The notes: a model not told the origin generated them from the sequence alone. 64,000 nucleotides of DNA from an uncultured Gammaproteobacteria bacterium (GCA_913061315.1 CAJXUC010000013.1:2764-66763), one strand, 5' to 3'. Positions 1 through 11,502 are shown, counted from the first letter of the stretch. Numbers and translations are program-made.

Positions 1-1773
1 ACCAAACTTGTTGAGTAGCAGCTGTCGCTTTTTGGCACCAATGCCTGGTATCTGCTCTAAACGAGATGTGTTTCGAGTTTTGGCTCTAGCTTTACGATGA
101 CCAGTAATAGCAAAGCGATGTGCTTCATCTCGTATTTGTTGAATCAGCAGTAATGCTGGAGAATCCATTGGAATATCCATTCGGGCATAATTTTCATCAA
201 TAATGTCTTCGTACCCTGCTTTTCTATCAGGACCCTTTGAAACGCCAAAGACCCGCATGTTTTGTTTAACTGAAAAAATATTCAGATCTTCCATGACGTC
301 TAATGCCACATGGAGCTGTCCTTTACCTCCATCAATTAATATAAGATCAGGCAAGAGGGTTTCGTTGTCTTTACGCTTGGTATATCGTTTTTCAAGCACT
401 TGTTTCATTGCAGCATAGTCGTCCCCTGCCGTAACGCCATTAATGTTGTAACAGCGATACTCTGACTTGACGGCTCCCTCTCGATTAAATACCACACAAG
501 ATGCTTTTGTTGACTCACCCATGGTGTGACTAATATCGAAGCATTCTATTCTTTCAGGCGCAGATTCAAGGTGTAGTTCTTCAATTAAGGATTGGAAACG
601 TTTATTTAAATGGCTCGCTGATAACAAATGGACCCTAAGTGATTGTTTTGCATTATTAACTGCATTTTCTAGTGCGTGGCGACGTTTTTCTCTAACACTA
701 TTTGATAGTTTCACTTTCTTTTCTGCTAAGTCACTCAGGGTAACTTCTAATGCCGTTTGATTGGGCAATACGTGACTAACTATAATTTCACCCGGGGACG
801 GATGGCGTGAGTAATGTTGCATGATAAAAGCTTCAATCAACTCAGGTTCAGCCGCATCAAGCTTTGTTTTGCTAATGAAGGGTTTATTACCCAGCGATGT
901 TCCATTTCGAATCATAAATAATTGAATGCAACACACATCTTGTTCTACTGCGCAGGCGATAATGTCAATATCCGTACGAAAATCGGTTACAAATTGTTTT
1001 TCAGTAATGCGTCGTAACATCTCGATTTTATCGCGAGTTTGCGCTGCCTGCTCGAAATCCAAATTACGGGAATAATCCTCCATTAGAGTGACTTGTTGGT
1101 TTATTAAGGTGTCATTTTCACCTTCTAAAAAAAGTCGTGCCTGGTCAATTTGTTTTCGATAGTTTTCTTCATCCGTATGATCAACGCAAGGTCCAGTGCA
1201 ACGTTTGATCTGATATTGCAGACAAGCCCGGCTGCGATTTTGCATAACGGCATCTTCACAGTTGCGTAATTGAAATATCCGTTGAACATGCCCTATGGTA
1301 TAGCGTATGGCCGCAGCACTTGGGAAAGGACCAAAAAATGTGCCTTTAGCTTTGTTGATTTTACCTCGATAAATTTTCAGACGAGGATATTTATGATGAG
1401 TCAGGCAGATGTAAGGATAACTTTTATCATCCTTGAACAGAATATTATAACGAGGGTTAAAGTTTTTTATTAAATCATTTTCGAGTATTAATGCTTCGCT
1501 TTCAGTTCGTGTATTAATGACTTCGATATCATTGATATTACTAACCAATGACATAATTCGAGAAGAGAGACCCGTTCTTCTAAAATAACTCGATAATCGA
1601 TTTTTTAAATTTTTGGCCTTACCGACATATATGACTTTTTGCTGGCCATCAAGCATACGGTACACGCCTGGCTTTGTACTGACAGACGACAGAAAAGATT
1701 TGTAATCAAAAGGTTGAGGGTTGATTACTGAACTCTTTATTTCAAGGTGAACTCTCGCTGAGCCTTCAGGCAT
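1..1773 (-). CDS. uvrC: Excinuclease ABC subunit C (UvrC), 3' end cut by the window edge
   Basis: The frame runs off the left edge, so it is absent from the ORF track. My translation from the minus-strand ATG at 1773 gives MPEGSARVHLEIK..STKPGVYRMLDGQQKVIYVGKAKNLKNRLSSYF (GIY-YIG block). Codons at 60..1 read LEQIPGIGAKKRQLLLNKFG (C-terminal helix-hairpin-helix). 1773 nt is 591 codons in frame. Confidence 0.93.
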   Translation of the reverse strand, partial: MPEGSARVHLEIKSSVINPQPFDYKSFLSSVSTKPGVYRMLDGQQKVIYVGKAKNLKNRLSSYFRRTGLSSRIMSLVSNINDIEVINTRTESEALILENDLIKNFNPRYNILFKDDKSYPYICLTHHKYPRLKIYRGKINKAKGTFFGPFPSAAAIRYTIGHVQRIFQLRNCEDAVMQNRSRACLQYQIKRCTGPCVDHTDEENYRKQIDQARLFLEGENDTLINQQVTLMEDYSRNLDFEQAAQTRDKIEMLRRITEKQFVTDFRTDIDIIACAVEQDVCCIQLFMIRNGTSLGNKPFISKTKLDAAEPELIEAFIMQHYSRHPSPGEIIVSHVLPNQTALEVTLSDLAEKKVKLSNSVREKRRHALENAVNNAKQSLRVHLLSASHLNKRFQSLIEELHLESAPERIECFDISHTMGESTKASCVVFNREGAVKSEYRCYNINGVTAGDDYAAMKQVLEKRYTKRKDNETLLPDLILIDGGKGQLHVALDVMEDLNIFSVKQNMRVFGVSKGPDRKAGYEDIIDENYARMDIPMDSPALLLIQQIRDEAHRFAITGHRKARAKTRNTSRLEQIPGIGAKKRQLLLNKFG

Positions 1774-1793
1774 CAACAGAAAGCTTCATATGA

Positions 1794-2438
1794 TTAAGAG
1801 ATAGCAAAGTCAACCATGCCTTGTTCAACCGCGATTTTAAGCATGTCCACTTCGTTATGCACATCTAGCTTCTCTAGTAATCTCAGTCGATAGGTACTGA
1901 CTGTTTTTGGACTCAGACAAAGCTTTTCGGACATTTGCAGATTAGTCAAACCATGGCAAATCATCAGCATGACTTGAAATTCACGACGAGACAGTCTATC
2001 TATTGGGTTTTTTTCGTTGCCAGGCAGAAGTGATAGCGCTAGTTGTTGTGCTATGGCAGGGGCAATGTAAGCCCCACCACCATTAACGATATTGAGTGCT
2101 TCTATTATTTCAGACACGGCACATTCCTTCGTCAAATAACCTTTTGCCCCAATTTCTAACATGCGTTTAGGAAAAGTTTTTTCAGTATAGACGGTGAGTA
2201 CAATAATTTTTTGCTTGGGGTCTCTCTCAAGTATACGACGACAGGCTTCAACACCACCAATTCCTGGCATATTGACGTCCATTAAAATAACATCAGGTTT
2301 AAGACTGAGAGATAAGTCTAAGCTCTCCTCACCATTAGAAGCCTCGCCGACTATCTTCACTTTTTTACTGTCTTCAAGTAAACGTTTTATGCCCGTTCTG
2401 ACAAGTACGTGGTCATCAGTTAATAAAACAGTAATCAT
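1794..2438 (-). CDS. uvrY: Response regulator of the UvrY/GacA type (receiver + LuxR-type HTH)
   Basis: 214 aa. It has a receiver domain (ITVLLTDDHVLVRTG, DVILMDVNMPG) and a LuxR/FixJ HTH (LSRREFQVMLMICHGLTNLQMSEKLCLSPKTVSTYR). The stop lies 20 nt upstream of the uvrC start, which is the conserved uvrY(gacA)-uvrC arrangement. Confidence 0.9.
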   Translation of the reverse strand: MITVLLTDDHVLVRTGIKRLLEDSKKVKIVGEASNGEESLDLSLSLKPDVILMDVNMPGIGGVEACRRILERDPKQKIIVLTVYTEKTFPKRMLEIGAKGYLTKECAVSEIIEALNIVNGGGAYIAPAIAQQLALSLLPGNEKNPIDRLSRREFQVMLMICHGLTNLQMSEKLCLSPKTVSTYRLRLLEKLDVHNEVDMLKIAVEQGMVDFAIS

Positions 2439-2521
2439 AAAACAAAACTCTATTCAATATTAACTAACTATAACACGACGTGACTACTCTATGTAAGTCA
2501 ATTCTGAGTATTTGTCAAAAT

Positions 2522-3490
2522 CTAAAAGCGCACCAAAACAGAACCCCAAGTAAATCCACCGCCAAAGGCTTCTAACAACAACAATTCATTTTTCTTAATT
2601 CGGCCATCTCTAACCGCAACATCAAGTGCCAATGGAACCGAAGCTGCCGAGGTGTTGCCATGCTTATTAACAGTGACCACTACCTGATCCATCGACATCT
2701 TCAGTTTTTTAGCTGTGGCAGAAATAATTCTTATATTCGCTTGGTGTGGTACTAGCCAGTCAATATCTGATTTCATCATATTATTAGCAGCGAGCGTTTC
2801 ATCTACGATCCGACCGAGTGTATTAACAGCAACTTTAAAAACCTCGTTGCCCCGCATTTCAACAAATGCCAAACCTGCTTTAACTTGATCGTACCCATCA
2901 GCAATGCCATAAGGTACTCTCAGAAGGTCTTCGTACTGACCATCAGCATGTATGTGTGTAGACAAAATACCAGTTTCTTCGCTGGCTTCGAGAATAACAG
3001 CACCTGCTCCGTCACCAAATAAAACACACGTTGCCCTGTCTTCCCAGTTAAGGATTTTTGAAAAAACTTCTGCACCTACCACCAGCGCCTTTTTACTACT
3101 ACCTGACTTAATAAATTTTTCAGCAACTGTGAGCGCATAAACAAACCCAGAACAAACAGCCTGAATGTCGAATGCGGGGCATCCATGGATACCGAGTCGT
3201 GCTTGCAATATGCACGCAGAGCTGGGAAAGATTTTATCCGGTGTTGAAGTTGCCAAGATGATCAAATCAATATCAGATGAGTCGATGCCGGCTGCTTCAA
3301 TCGCTAAACGTGATGCGCCTTCTGCTAGGTCAACAGTTGTTTGACCGTCAACAACAATATGACGTTGCTCTATACCCGTTCGCTCTCGAATCCACTGATC
3401 GTTAGTATCAACAAATTTTGCGATATCATCATTAGTCATCACATTTTCAGGTAAGTATCCCCCTGTGCCTGTAATACGAGCGTAACTCAT
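2522..3490 (-). CDS. fabH: 3-oxoacyl-ACP synthase III (KAS III)
   Basis: 322 aa. Blocks [25 protein letters not shown] (active-site Cys), HQANIRI and GNTSAAS are present. It overlaps plsX by 1 nt. Confidence 0.95.
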   Translation of the reverse strand: MSYARITGTGGYLPENVMTNDDIAKFVDTNDQWIRERTGIEQRHIVVDGQTTVDLAEGASRLAIEAAGIDSSDIDLIILATSTPDKIFPSSACILQARLGIHGCPAFDIQAVCSGFVYALTVAEKFIKSGSSKKALVVGAEVFSKILNWEDRATCVLFGDGAGAVILEASEETGILSTHIHADGQYEDLLRVPYGIADGYDQVKAGLAFVEMRGNEVFKVAVNTLGRIVDETLAANNMMKSDIDWLVPHQANIRIISATAKKLKMSMDQVVVTVNKHGNTSAASVPLALDVAVRDGRIKKNELLLLEAFGGGFTWGSVLVRF

Positions 3491-4518
3491 TACTCCACCT
3501 CTACCATCTGTGCCAGATAAGACTCAACCTCAAACGAAATACGTTGCGGCACTTCATTTTCGATTTCAATACTGGCAATTTTTATTGCATTGACAAAGGA
3601 GCTTGTATCCGCCCCACCATGGCTCTTCACTACAATCCCATTCAGCCCAAGCAAACTTGCGCCGTTATACTGACCTGGATCAAGTGTCTTTTTTACTGCG
3701 TTCAAGACAGGTAACGAAATAAGCGCCAGCAGCTTGGTAAATAAATTCCGTTTAAATTCGGTTTGCAGAACATGTTTAACTAAAGCAGCCAGCCCCTCAC
3801 CCGTTTTAAGTGAAACATTACCTACAAATCCGTCGGTTACTACGACATTGACTGTGCCTTTATAAATATCGTCTCCCTCAACAAAGCCACGGTAGTTAAT
3901 GTTCGTTGCAGCGATCAGCTGACTTGCCTCTTTTATGCTATCACTACCCTTCATTTTTTCTGAACCAATATTCAGCAACCCTACCGTGGGGTTTTTGATA
4001 CCCTCTACTGATTGCGCCAGCACTGATCCCATCACTGCAAACTCTAATAGATTTTGAGGTGTACATTCAATATTTGCACCCAAATCAAGCATGTAAGTTT
4101 GCCCAGTGATCGCAGGCAACATCCCACAGATTGCAGGACGGCTAATACCTTTGATAGTCTTTAATACAAACTTACTAGTCGCCATCAGAGCACCCGTATT
4201 GCCTGCACTGACACAAGCCTGGACTTTTTGCTCCTTCACAAGGTTAATGGCAATCCGCATGGAAGAATCTTTTTTCTTTTTTAAGGCGTGAGCTGGTGCT
4301 TCGTCCATTCCAACCACTTCTGATGCATGTTGAACACTAATTCGTGTGTTGCCTTCAAGCCCATTCATTCTTAATGCTTCAATTAATGAAGTGGAGTCGC
4401 CAACAAGAATCAGTTGTATGTCAGGTATCTGGTCGAGAGCAATTTTAGCCGCAGGTACAGTCACGATAGGACCGTGATCACCACCCATGGCATCAATTGC
4501 AATAATTTTTTGTTTCAT
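3490..4518 (-). CDS. plsX: Phosphate acyltransferase PlsX
   Basis: 342 aa. The N-terminus [12 protein letters not shown] is typical of PlsX, and the rpmF-plsX-fabH order is conserved. Confidence 0.95.
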   Translation of the reverse strand: MKQKIIAIDAMGGDHGPIVTVPAAKIALDQIPDIQLILVGDSTSLIEALRMNGLEGNTRISVQHASEVVGMDEAPAHALKKKKDSSMRIAINLVKEQKVQACVSAGNTGALMATSKFVLKTIKGISRPAICGMLPAITGQTYMLDLGANIECTPQNLLEFAVMGSVLAQSVEGIKNPTVGLLNIGSEKMKGSDSIKEASQLIAATNINYRGFVEGDDIYKGTVNVVVTDGFVGNVSLKTGEGLAALVKHVLQTEFKRNLFTKLLALISLPVLNAVKKTLDPGQYNGASLLGLNGIVVKSHGGADTSSFVNAIKIASIEIENEVPQRISFEVESYLAQMVEVE

Positions 4519-4602
4519 TGGATAGGATCAGCCAGACGACGTAAATAAATACGGGCAGAAAAATCCGCCCGTATATCGATCAAGAGTTAAGTAACTTTTC
4601 AG

Positions 4603-4794
4603 TTACTCTTCGTCGTTATCCACCTTGTCTGCAATGACTTGACGGCCACGGTAATAACCATCAGCGCTGATGTGATGACGACGGTGAGTTTCACCTGTTG
4701 TAGGCTCTACTGAAAGAGTTGATTCACCAAGTGCGTCATGAGAACGTCTCATTCCACGTTTAGACGGTGTCTTGCGACTTTTTTGAACAGCCAT
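4603..4794 (-). CDS. rpmF: 50S ribosomal protein L32
   Basis: 63 aa. [22 protein letters not shown] is the L32 N-terminus. Confidence 0.95.
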   Translation of the reverse strand: MAVQKSRKTPSKRGMRRSHDALGESTLSVEPTTGETHRRHHISADGYYRGRQVIADKVDNDEE

Positions 4795-4842
4795 ATATTT
4801 CTCCGGAAATTAAATTCGACTAATTAATTCTAAATAAAAACT

Positions 4843-5349
4843 TTAATGCTTCGTTTTTAACTTTTTTAACACTAAAAACGGATTTTCTCTATCAGTTTCT
4901 GTCTGAACATCGTCCGATACGTGCCAATATTCATTGCAACGACCACTCTCATGAAGAGCCACTAATGGCAGGCCCAGTATTAATTCGTCCTCTACAACGT
5001 CAAAGACATCAATATTGCCGTCTTCACTGTACAACGTATCAACACCACTTATCTGAACAATATTGTCAGACGCATCGATCAAAAGCTCAAAGTCCAACTC
5101 GACTAACTGCAGGACGGGTTTAAGACATCTCTGACATTCAATAGAGAGTTCTGCAATGACATGTCCTTTAACCATTGATCGATCATACTCGCTGTCAGAA
5201 AAGGTGAATCTAACTTGAATTTCAGCCTGATCAGATTTCAACATTTCGGTTAAACGACTCAGTTCATCTAGGGCTATAACACCTTCATGATAACTGCGCT
5301 GGGATGATTCTTTTTTGAATTGGTAAAGTCGATTTAGTTTAGCTTGCAT
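4843..5349 (-). CDS. yceD: DUF177 protein YceD (23S rRNA accumulation protein)
   Basis: 168-aa acidic protein with a CQRC motif, immediately upstream of rpmF. This is the conserved yceD-rpmF-plsX-fabH cluster. Confidence 0.85.
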   Translation of the reverse strand: MQAKLNRLYQFKKESSQRSYHEGVIALDELSRLTEMLKSDQAEIQVRFTFSDSEYDRSMVKGHVIAELSIECQRCLKPVLQLVELDFELLIDASDNIVQISGVDTLYSEDGNIDVFDVVEDELILGLPLVALHESGRCNEYWHVSDDVQTETDRENPFLVLKKLKTKH

Positions 5350-5542
5350 AAAACGCGCGATTTTACAGGGATAGCGCCAAGCTTGTCTATTGATATTAAC
5401 AAAATACTCAGTGTTTTTATGGTTTTTCGAAATGCTTTTAATATACTCTGTCGTGTTTTTAATATGAAGCTAAAGTTGCCAAGCATCTTGCCGAGTACTT
5501 TAGGGTTCGATTTTAATTTAGTCATTTGTGAAGGGTCGTTCC

Positions 5543-6124
5543 ATGCAACCAAAGATAATACTCGCCAGCAGTTCACCTTTCAGGAAAGAATTATTAGCTC
5601 GACTTAACTTAGACTTCGAATGCCATTCACCAGAAATTGATGAATCTCAGTTAATGGATGAAACTGCCACTGACTATGTCTGTCGATTAGCGAAGGAAAA
5701 AGCGCAATTAATTAGCAAGAACCATCCAAGCGCTATCGTTATTGGGTCTGATCAATGCGCATTGAGGGATGGTCAAATTCTGGGCAAACCGGGTAATCAT
5801 ACAAATGCGATGCAACAGTTAAAAGCAGCTCAAGGAAAAACGGTTGTATTCCACACGGGACTTTGCGTCGTTCAACAAGACACCCGTTTTTGCGAAGTTG
5901 ACGAGGTGCTATACCAAGTTAAATTTCGAACCCTACACGATGCACAACTAGCACATTATCTAGAAGTAGAAAAACCCTACCAATGCGCTGGAAGTTTTAA
6001 GTCTGAAGGCTATGGCTGTTGTTTATTCAGCTCCATGCAGGGCGATGATCCCAGCGCATTAATTGGGTTACCACTGATTAGGTTGGTCACCATGCTCGAA
6101 AACCTCGGTGTCAATGTGGTTTGA
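5543..6124 (+). CDS. Maf-like nucleoside triphosphate pyrophosphatase (YceF type)
   Basis: The ORF track starts at GTG 5528. The in-frame ATG at 5543 gives MQPKIILASSSPFRKELL, the usual Maf N-terminus. The gene is divergent from yceD. Confidence 0.85.
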   Translation: MQPKIILASSSPFRKELLARLNLDFECHSPEIDESQLMDETATDYVCRLAKEKAQLISKNHPSAIVIGSDQCALRDGQILGKPGNHTNAMQQLKAAQGKTVVFHTGLCVVQQDTRFCEVDEVLYQVKFRTLHDAQLAHYLEVEKPYQCAGSFKSEGYGCCLFSSMQGDDPSALIGLPLIRLVTMLENLGVNVV

Positions 6125-6164
6125 CGACCCTTTCAATAGCCCATCCAATTGGGTCCCAAAACAT

Positions 6165-7145
6165 TTAATTTATTTTCGCATTAAAGTAACTTTGAATTTG
6201 CTGGCTTGCAGCCGTACCAATTCTTTCAGCGATACGATCAAAGAATTCACCCTGGGGAGTGAAATCGACCACCTTCTCTACTTTAACAATATCTCTAGAG
6301 ACTGATTTTGTCGTTCCATAATCGTCAACTAGGCCCAGTTTAATTGCTTTTTCGCCCGTCCATATTAAACCGCTAAACAACCCTTCCTTTTCAGTTAATC
6401 GTTCCCCTCGTCCATTCTTAACGGCCGTTATAAAATGCTGATGCACTTCATTAAGCATTTCTTGCAGATGAGTTTTTTGGCTATTATCTTCGGGTAAGAA
6501 GGGGTCTAACAAACCCTTGTTCTCGCCAGCCGTTAATAACCGACGCTCAACCCCAATTTTTTTCATTAACTCGACAAAACCAAAATTATCCATACGGACT
6601 CCGATAGAACCTACCAAACTAGATTTATTCACATAGATATTGTCAGTCGCAGCAGCTACAAAATAACCCCCAGAAGCAGCAATATCTGACACGACGGCAT
6701 AAATCGGAATTAATTGGTGCGCTTGTTTTAACCGTATAATTTCATCATAAATATAGGCAGATTGAACGGGTGAACCGCCTGGGGAATTTATTTCTAAAAT
6801 AACCGCTGCTGTATTAGGGTTTTTAAAAGCAGCTTCTAATCCCGCAATAATATTGCTGGCGCTCGATTTATCATTCGCAGAAATGACACCTTCTAACGAT
6901 ACCAATGCGGTATGATTATCGCTGCCATTAGAAATCGAATCACTAGGGCCTGTGACGCCAGAGGATTCAATCAACAAATAAAGCGGGGGCGTTAAATAAA
7001 CGAAAAACAAGATAGTAAAAAATATGCGCCAACGACGTCTTCGCCGCTGCTCATTCACCGCAAAGAAAGCAAGGTCTTTTACCATTTTCTCATAATCATT
7101 TGATGGAACTGTATAACTGTCTGTTTTTTGGGATGAGCCAAACAT
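6165..7145 (-). CDS. sppA: Signal peptide peptidase SppA, 36K type (S49 family)
   Basis: 326 aa. An N-terminal TM segment (IFFTILFFVYLTPPLYLLI) is followed by S49 blocks INSPGGSP, SDIAASGGYFVAAA and SLVGSIGV. Confidence 0.85.
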   Translation of the reverse strand: MFGSSQKTDSYTVPSNDYEKMVKDLAFFAVNEQRRRRRWRIFFTILFFVYLTPPLYLLIESSGVTGPSDSISNGSDNHTALVSLEGVISANDKSSASNIIAGLEAAFKNPNTAAVILEINSPGGSPVQSAYIYDEIIRLKQAHQLIPIYAVVSDIAASGGYFVAAATDNIYVNKSSLVGSIGVRMDNFGFVELMKKIGVERRLLTAGENKGLLDPFLPEDNSQKTHLQEMLNEVHQHFITAVKNGRGERLTEKEGLFSGLIWTGEKAIKLGLVDDYGTTKSVSRDIVKVEKVVDFTPQGEFFDRIAERIGTAASQQIQSYFNAKIN

Positions 7146-7236
7146 TTTGGTTACTCGCAGATAAAGTCGCTATGACACGTAAATTGAAGGATATAGGGTA
7201 TACGTAGGATAATTAAAAACAGGCTATATCATTTTT

Positions 7237-8205
7237 CTATTTTGGGTTATTAATCAATTGATTAAAAATGACTGGCGTATCTGCATTAATTACTAACTCA
7301 TCAGAAAACTCCGTGCGCGGTAATTCAAGTCTACTGGCATGCAGCATCAACCTTTTGACACCTTTTTTCTTCATCGTTTTATTAAAATCAATGTCACCAT
7401 ACTTAGTGTCACCGATTAATTCATGACCCTGCGACTGACAATGAACTCTTATTTGATGAGTTCGGCCCGTCATTAATTGAATAGTTAAAATGCTATAGTC
7501 TTGTTTTTGCTGACAATCAACAATCTTTGTCAATGCACTCTGCCCTGCTGGATCGACTAACACTCGGCGCTCTCCATTGGGTAGAGTTACTTTTTTTAAG
7601 GTAACGCTTATCTCTTTTTTATTTTGTGACCAACAGCCCTTCACTACTGCGAGATAAGTCTTAGTCAGCGTGTTATCTAAAAAACAACGCTGCATCGCTA
7701 GTAGTGACTGGCGATGCTTGGCCAACAATAAACAACCACTCGTGTCTCTATCTAGACGATGCGCCAGTTCGATTTCGGTATCTGGACGAAGACGACGCAT
7801 AATATCAATAACCCCAAAGTTAATGCCCGAGCCAGAATGAACAGCCAAACCAGAAGGCTTATTAATTAAAATGAGATGCTTATTCTCAAATAAAATTGCC
7901 TTTTCAACGCTTTCAATCAAGGCAGGTGCTATGTAACTATCAGCATCATGAGTTTGGTCAATACGAACGGGCGGAACGCGCACAATATCGCCCATTTTTA
8001 ATTTATATTCAGGCTTACAGCGCTTTTTATTAACCCGAACTTCGCCCTTGCGTATAATTCGATAAACCCGTGTCTTAGGAACCGTCTTCAAAGTTTTTAA
8101 TAGAAAATTATCTAACCGTTGATCAACCTGAGTATGATCAACTTCGACAAAAGACACGCCACTGGTGGCGGAAATGGTATCGGGATTTGGGATATTCGTA
8201 TTCAA
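7237..8205 (-). CDS. rluC: 23S rRNA pseudouridine synthase RluC
   Basis: 322 aa. It has an S4 domain (RLDNFLLKTLKTVPKTRVYRIIRKGEVRVNKKR) and the catalytic block HRLDRDTSGCLLLAK. It is divergent from rne as in E. coli. The start is TTG at 8205, with no nearby in-frame ATG. Confidence 0.85.
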   Translation of the reverse strand: MNTNIPNPDTISATSGVSFVEVDHTQVDQRLDNFLLKTLKTVPKTRVYRIIRKGEVRVNKKRCKPEYKLKMGDIVRVPPVRIDQTHDADSYIAPALIESVEKAILFENKHLILINKPSGLAVHSGSGINFGVIDIMRRLRPDTEIELAHRLDRDTSGCLLLAKHRQSLLAMQRCFLDNTLTKTYLAVVKGCWSQNKKEISVTLKKVTLPNGERRVLVDPAGQSALTKIVDCQQKQDYSILTIQLMTGRTHQIRVHCQSQGHELIGDTKYGDIDFNKTMKKKGVKRLMLHASRLELPRTEFSDELVINADTPVIFNQLINNPK

Positions 8206-8581
8206 TTGATGGCAGCACTCATAAAGTATGGTATATTAAGATTGTGTATTGTACTGCCTATTTTCACGGCAAACACTACTAAAACAAATTTTTATAGGAA
8301 GCAATTCATTTGGCTGGATCATAGAATTCAGTAATTGGTTCCTTAAGAAGATTATCCCTGAGACTATTCAATGAAATATTCTTTACAGGGCACATTTACT
8401 GACTCAGGCTCTATGTACAGTCTCTTCTATAGTTTTTTACTGATTAAGAATATTGAACTGATAAGTGGTTCGAAAAAACCACTACAGCTATGCGCTGTGT
8501 CCGTTCTAAAGAAAACAAAGACCCCATCAGTAAAACTAAGAACAACCAGTACTGAGCCTTTAATTGAAGGCAAATTCAAAC
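8206..8581 (+). promoter_or_regulatory. rne promoter region and long 5' leader (putative autoregulatory UTR)
   Basis: A 376-nt non-coding gap separates divergent rluC and rne. Its length is similar to the ~360-nt autoregulated rne leader of E. coli. A candidate extended -10 element, TGgTATATT, lies at 8229-8237. Secondary structure was not verified. Confidence 0.45.
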
Positions 8582-11338
8582 ATGAAACGTATTTTAATCA
8601 ACGCCACGCAGACCGAAGAACTTCGAGTTGCCATGGTCAACGGGCAACGTCTTTACGATCTTGATATAGAAGTCCCTTCTAGGGAACAAAAAAAATCCAA
8701 CATATACAAAGGTAAAATCACCCGCGTAGAACCAAGTCTTGAAGCGGCTTTCGTTAATTATGGCGCTGATCGTCATGGTTTCTTGCCTTTCAAAGAAATT
8801 TCAAAACAATATTATCGTGAAGGCGTGAGTTCTGAATCAGGCAAGGTCGGCATCAAAGATGCAATCAAGGTCGATCAAGAAGTCATCGTTCAAATTGAAA
8901 AAGAAGAGCGTGGCAATAAAGGCGCGGCACTCACTACTTTTATTAGTCTAGCTGGCCGTTTTTTAGTTGCGATGCCACAAAATCCTCGTGCTGGTGGGGT
9001 CTCTCGTCGAATTGAGGGAGAGGATCGAGATGAATTAAAAAAAGTCCTTTCTGAACTTGAAATGCCCGATAATATGGGGGTCATTGTTCGTACCGCAGGA
9101 GTTGGTCGATCAACTGAAGAAATGCAATGGGATCTCGACTACCTCAATCAAGTATGGACCGCCATTGAGACCGCAGGTAGTGAAAAGCCTGCCCCTTTTT
9201 TAATTTATCAAGAATCAGATATCGTTGTGCGAGCCCTTCGTGACCATTATCGTGCTGATGTCGGTGAAATATTAATCGACTCTCAAGAAGCTTATCAGCA
9301 AGCACATGACTTTATGTCAATGGTCATGCCAAATACTATTTCAAAGCTGAAAAAATTCGATGAAGATCTACCACTTTTTAATCGTTTTCAAATTGAAAGC
9401 CAAATAGAATCCGCTTTTTCACGTGAAGTCACACTGCCCTCTGGCGGTGCCATTGTTATAGATCACACAGAAGCTTTAATTTCTGTTGACGTTAACTCGG
9501 CGCGCGCCACCAAAGGGAGTGATATCGAAGAAACCGCTAGACAAACTAATCTCGAAGCTGCGGATGAAGTGGCACGTCAGTTACGTATACGCGATTTGGG
9601 TGGCCTAATAGTCATTGATTTTATCGATATGATGCAAAACAAAAACCAACGTGAAGTTGAGTCCCGTCTGCGCAATGCCGTATACGACGATCGTGCTCGG
9701 GTTCAAATTGGTCGTATCTCGCGGTTTGGTTTACTCGAAATGTCGCGTCAACGATTACGCCCATCACTAGGTGAATCGAGTCAAATTGTTTGTCCAAGGT
9801 GTATTGGTCAAGGCAGTATTCGTGATGTTGAATCGCTTTCCCTAGCTGTATTGCGTTTACTTGAAGAAGAGTCATTAAAAGATAACACAGGGACTATCCT
9901 GGCTAAATTACCAATTGAATGCGCGACTTATTTATTAAATGAAAAGCGTGATAAAATCGATGATCTAGAGATGCGTCGTAAAGTTAAACTTGTTGTTATT
10001 CCAGATCCAAATTTAGAAACACCACACTACCTGATTGAACGAGTCAAAGATAACGACACCCATCGTCATGAGTCACATTACAAAAAGTCATATGAATTAA
10101 TAACAGAAGAAGATGTTGTTGATTTAGTTGATATCGCAACTAATAAATCAGCACCTGGCGAGGTTGCAGCAGTTCAAAGAATTGAACCGCCAGCACCAAA
10201 ACCAGCTGCCAAACCTGTGTTGGCAACCGCCTTAGAGGGTAGTCCTGGAATTTTCCAAAAAATATGGGGCGCATTATTTGGAACCAATGAGGAAAAGAAA
10301 GAAGAGGCTGATCACAAGCCTTCTCGAACTTCGCGAGACAATCGTGGATCACAAAATCGCAGTCGGCGTGGGAAGTATAAAGGTTCACAAAACCGCGATC
10401 GTAATAGTAACTCTAATAACAACAATAATAGCGGATCAGAAAACAGAAATAATTCTGACGCTAATAAAAAAGATACTTCGGAAAAAGTGAGCAGTAACAA
10501 TCAAAACCAAAACCAAAACCAAAACCAAAACCAAAACCAAAAAGATGATGCAGCGTCTGATTCACAGGAAAACAAGCCCAAAACAAAGCAGAATCGTTCG
10601 CCAAGATCTCGCGGTAACCGTTCTGGAAATCGTCAAAGTCGTTCAAACAATCAACGAACTGAAAAGTCAGATGAAACGGTAGCTCAAGAAGAAAGCAGTC
10701 CATCAAACAATACCCATGACCAACAAAAGCCGGTAAACCTTGAAACGCCCAAGCAAGAGAATGTTATAGAAAAAAATAGGGTCAAAAGCAACACGCCGGC
10801 TCCAGAATCAAAGGCTGCTGTTGCGCCACCACCACCTCCGCGCCCTAACAAACCAAAAACAGAGCCCGTTAAAGCACAATCAAATGTCGAGTCTGCAGCA
10901 CCTGCAACAGGATCATTGGCTGAAGTTCAAATGGAAACTCAAACACTAAAACCTTCACTTGCCCCAATTAAGCAAGTAGAGACGAAACCCATTGAAACAA
11001 AGCCAATTATTACGGCGAAGCCAAAGCGTGCAGAAGCTAAAAAAACTGTGGCTCAAGTGGAAGATATAAAGTTATCTCAGCCTACTTCAGCTGAAGCCAC
11101 ACAAGTTGCAGCTAAGCCATCAGAAACAAAGGCTGGAGAGATCAAACCTGCAGCGACTAAACAAGTTGAAACCAAAACGTCGCCTTCTGCCAGTTCAGTA
11201 AGTGAAAATAAACCAACAAAAACTCGCGCTCCAGCACGGCCTAAAAAGAAAACAGCGGTACGTGCAAAGAAAGAACCTTCAGAATCGGCTTCAACCTTAC
11301 CGAACGTGCCTATTAAAACCCCCAAAACTGCAGAATAG
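8582..11338 (+). CDS. rne: Ribonuclease E
   Basis: I moved the start from TTG 8564 to ATG 8582. [30 protein letters not shown] matches the RNase E/G N-terminus. The catalytic half runs to about aa 520 and is followed by a low-complexity Arg/Asn/Pro/Lys-rich tail. Confidence 0.95.
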   Translation: MKRILINATQTEELRVAMVNGQRLYDLDIEVPSREQKKSNIYKGKITRVEPSLEAAFVNYGADRHGFLPFKEISKQYYREGVSSESGKVGIKDAIKVDQEVIVQIEKEERGNKGAALTTFISLAGRFLVAMPQNPRAGGVSRRIEGEDRDELKKVLSELEMPDNMGVIVRTAGVGRSTEEMQWDLDYLNQVWTAIETAGSEKPAPFLIYQESDIVVRALRDHYRADVGEILIDSQEAYQQAHDFMSMVMPNTISKLKKFDEDLPLFNRFQIESQIESAFSREVTLPSGGAIVIDHTEALISVDVNSARATKGSDIEETARQTNLEAADEVARQLRIRDLGGLIVIDFIDMMQNKNQREVESRLRNAVYDDRARVQIGRISRFGLLEMSRQRLRPSLGESSQIVCPRCIGQGSIRDVESLSLAVLRLLEEESLKDNTGTILAKLPIECATYLLNEKRDKIDDLEMRRKVKLVVIPDPNLETPHYLIERVKDNDTHRHESHYKKSYELITEEDVVDLVDIATNKSAPGEVAAVQRIEPPAPKPAAKPVLATALEGSPGIFQKIWGALFGTNEEKKEEADHKPSRTSRDNRGSQNRSRRGKYKGSQNRDRNSNSNNNNNSGSENRNNSDANKKDTSEKVSSNNQNQNQNQNQNQNQKDDAASDSQENKPKTKQNRSPRSRGNRSGNRQSRSNNQRTEKSDETVAQEESSPSNNTHDQQKPVNLETPKQENVIEKNRVKSNTPAPESKAAVAPPPPPRPNKPKTEPVKAQSNVESAAPATGSLAEVQMETQTLKPSLAPIKQVETKPIETKPIITAKPKRAEAKKTVAQVEDIKLSQPTSAEATQVAAKPSETKAGEIKPAATKQVETKTSPSASSVSENKPTKTRAPARPKKKTAVRAKKEPSESASTLPNVPIKTPKTAE
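10502..10540 (+). repeat. Perfect hexanucleotide microsatellite (CAAAAC) x 6.5 inside rne
   Basis: Counted directly: caa aac repeated from 10502 to 10540, encoding [13 protein letters not shown]. The unit length keeps the reading frame. Confidence 0.9.
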
Positions 11339-11352
11339 TAAGTCTGTTATAG

Positions 11353-11390
11353 TAAAGTTGTGGGTTAACTCATATTGACTCACAACTTTA
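11353..11390. terminator. Hairpin between convergent rne and the DUF1840 gene (possible bidirectional terminator)
   Basis: A 10-bp perfect inverted repeat TAAAGTTGTG / CACAACTTTA starts 15 nt after the rne stop and is extendable by further pairs. There is no clean T-tract, so intrinsic termination is uncertain. Confidence 0.45.
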
Positions 11391-11502
11391 ACCCTCACTA
11401 GTGACATTCATTACTATTAAATATTTGCTATTTTATAATCTGTCAACCTCACTGAATTGATTATAAATTTGACCGTTTTCTGCTACTTACAAAATAGCTG
11501 AG

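Noticed and set aside
5334-5607. 80-aa and 87-aa ORFs in the yceD-maf divergent region
   Set aside because: They overlap each other and the starts of the flanking conserved genes, have no family resemblance, and occupy the expected divergent promoter region.
8371-8664. 97-aa ORF in the rluC-rne intergenic region, plus the TTG 8564 start offered for rne
   Set aside because: It overlaps the conserved rne start (ATG 8582, [10 protein letters not shown]), has no recognisable family or RBS, and lies in what is expected to be the structured rne leader.
10461-10706. Antisense ORF with a [10 protein letters not shown] run, and the idea that the 10502-10540 repeat could be a CRISPR-like or regulatory array
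   Set aside because: The repeat is a 6-nt microsatellite inside the rne coding frame (QN repeats). It has no spacers and is far too short for CRISPR. The antisense ORF is simply its complement.
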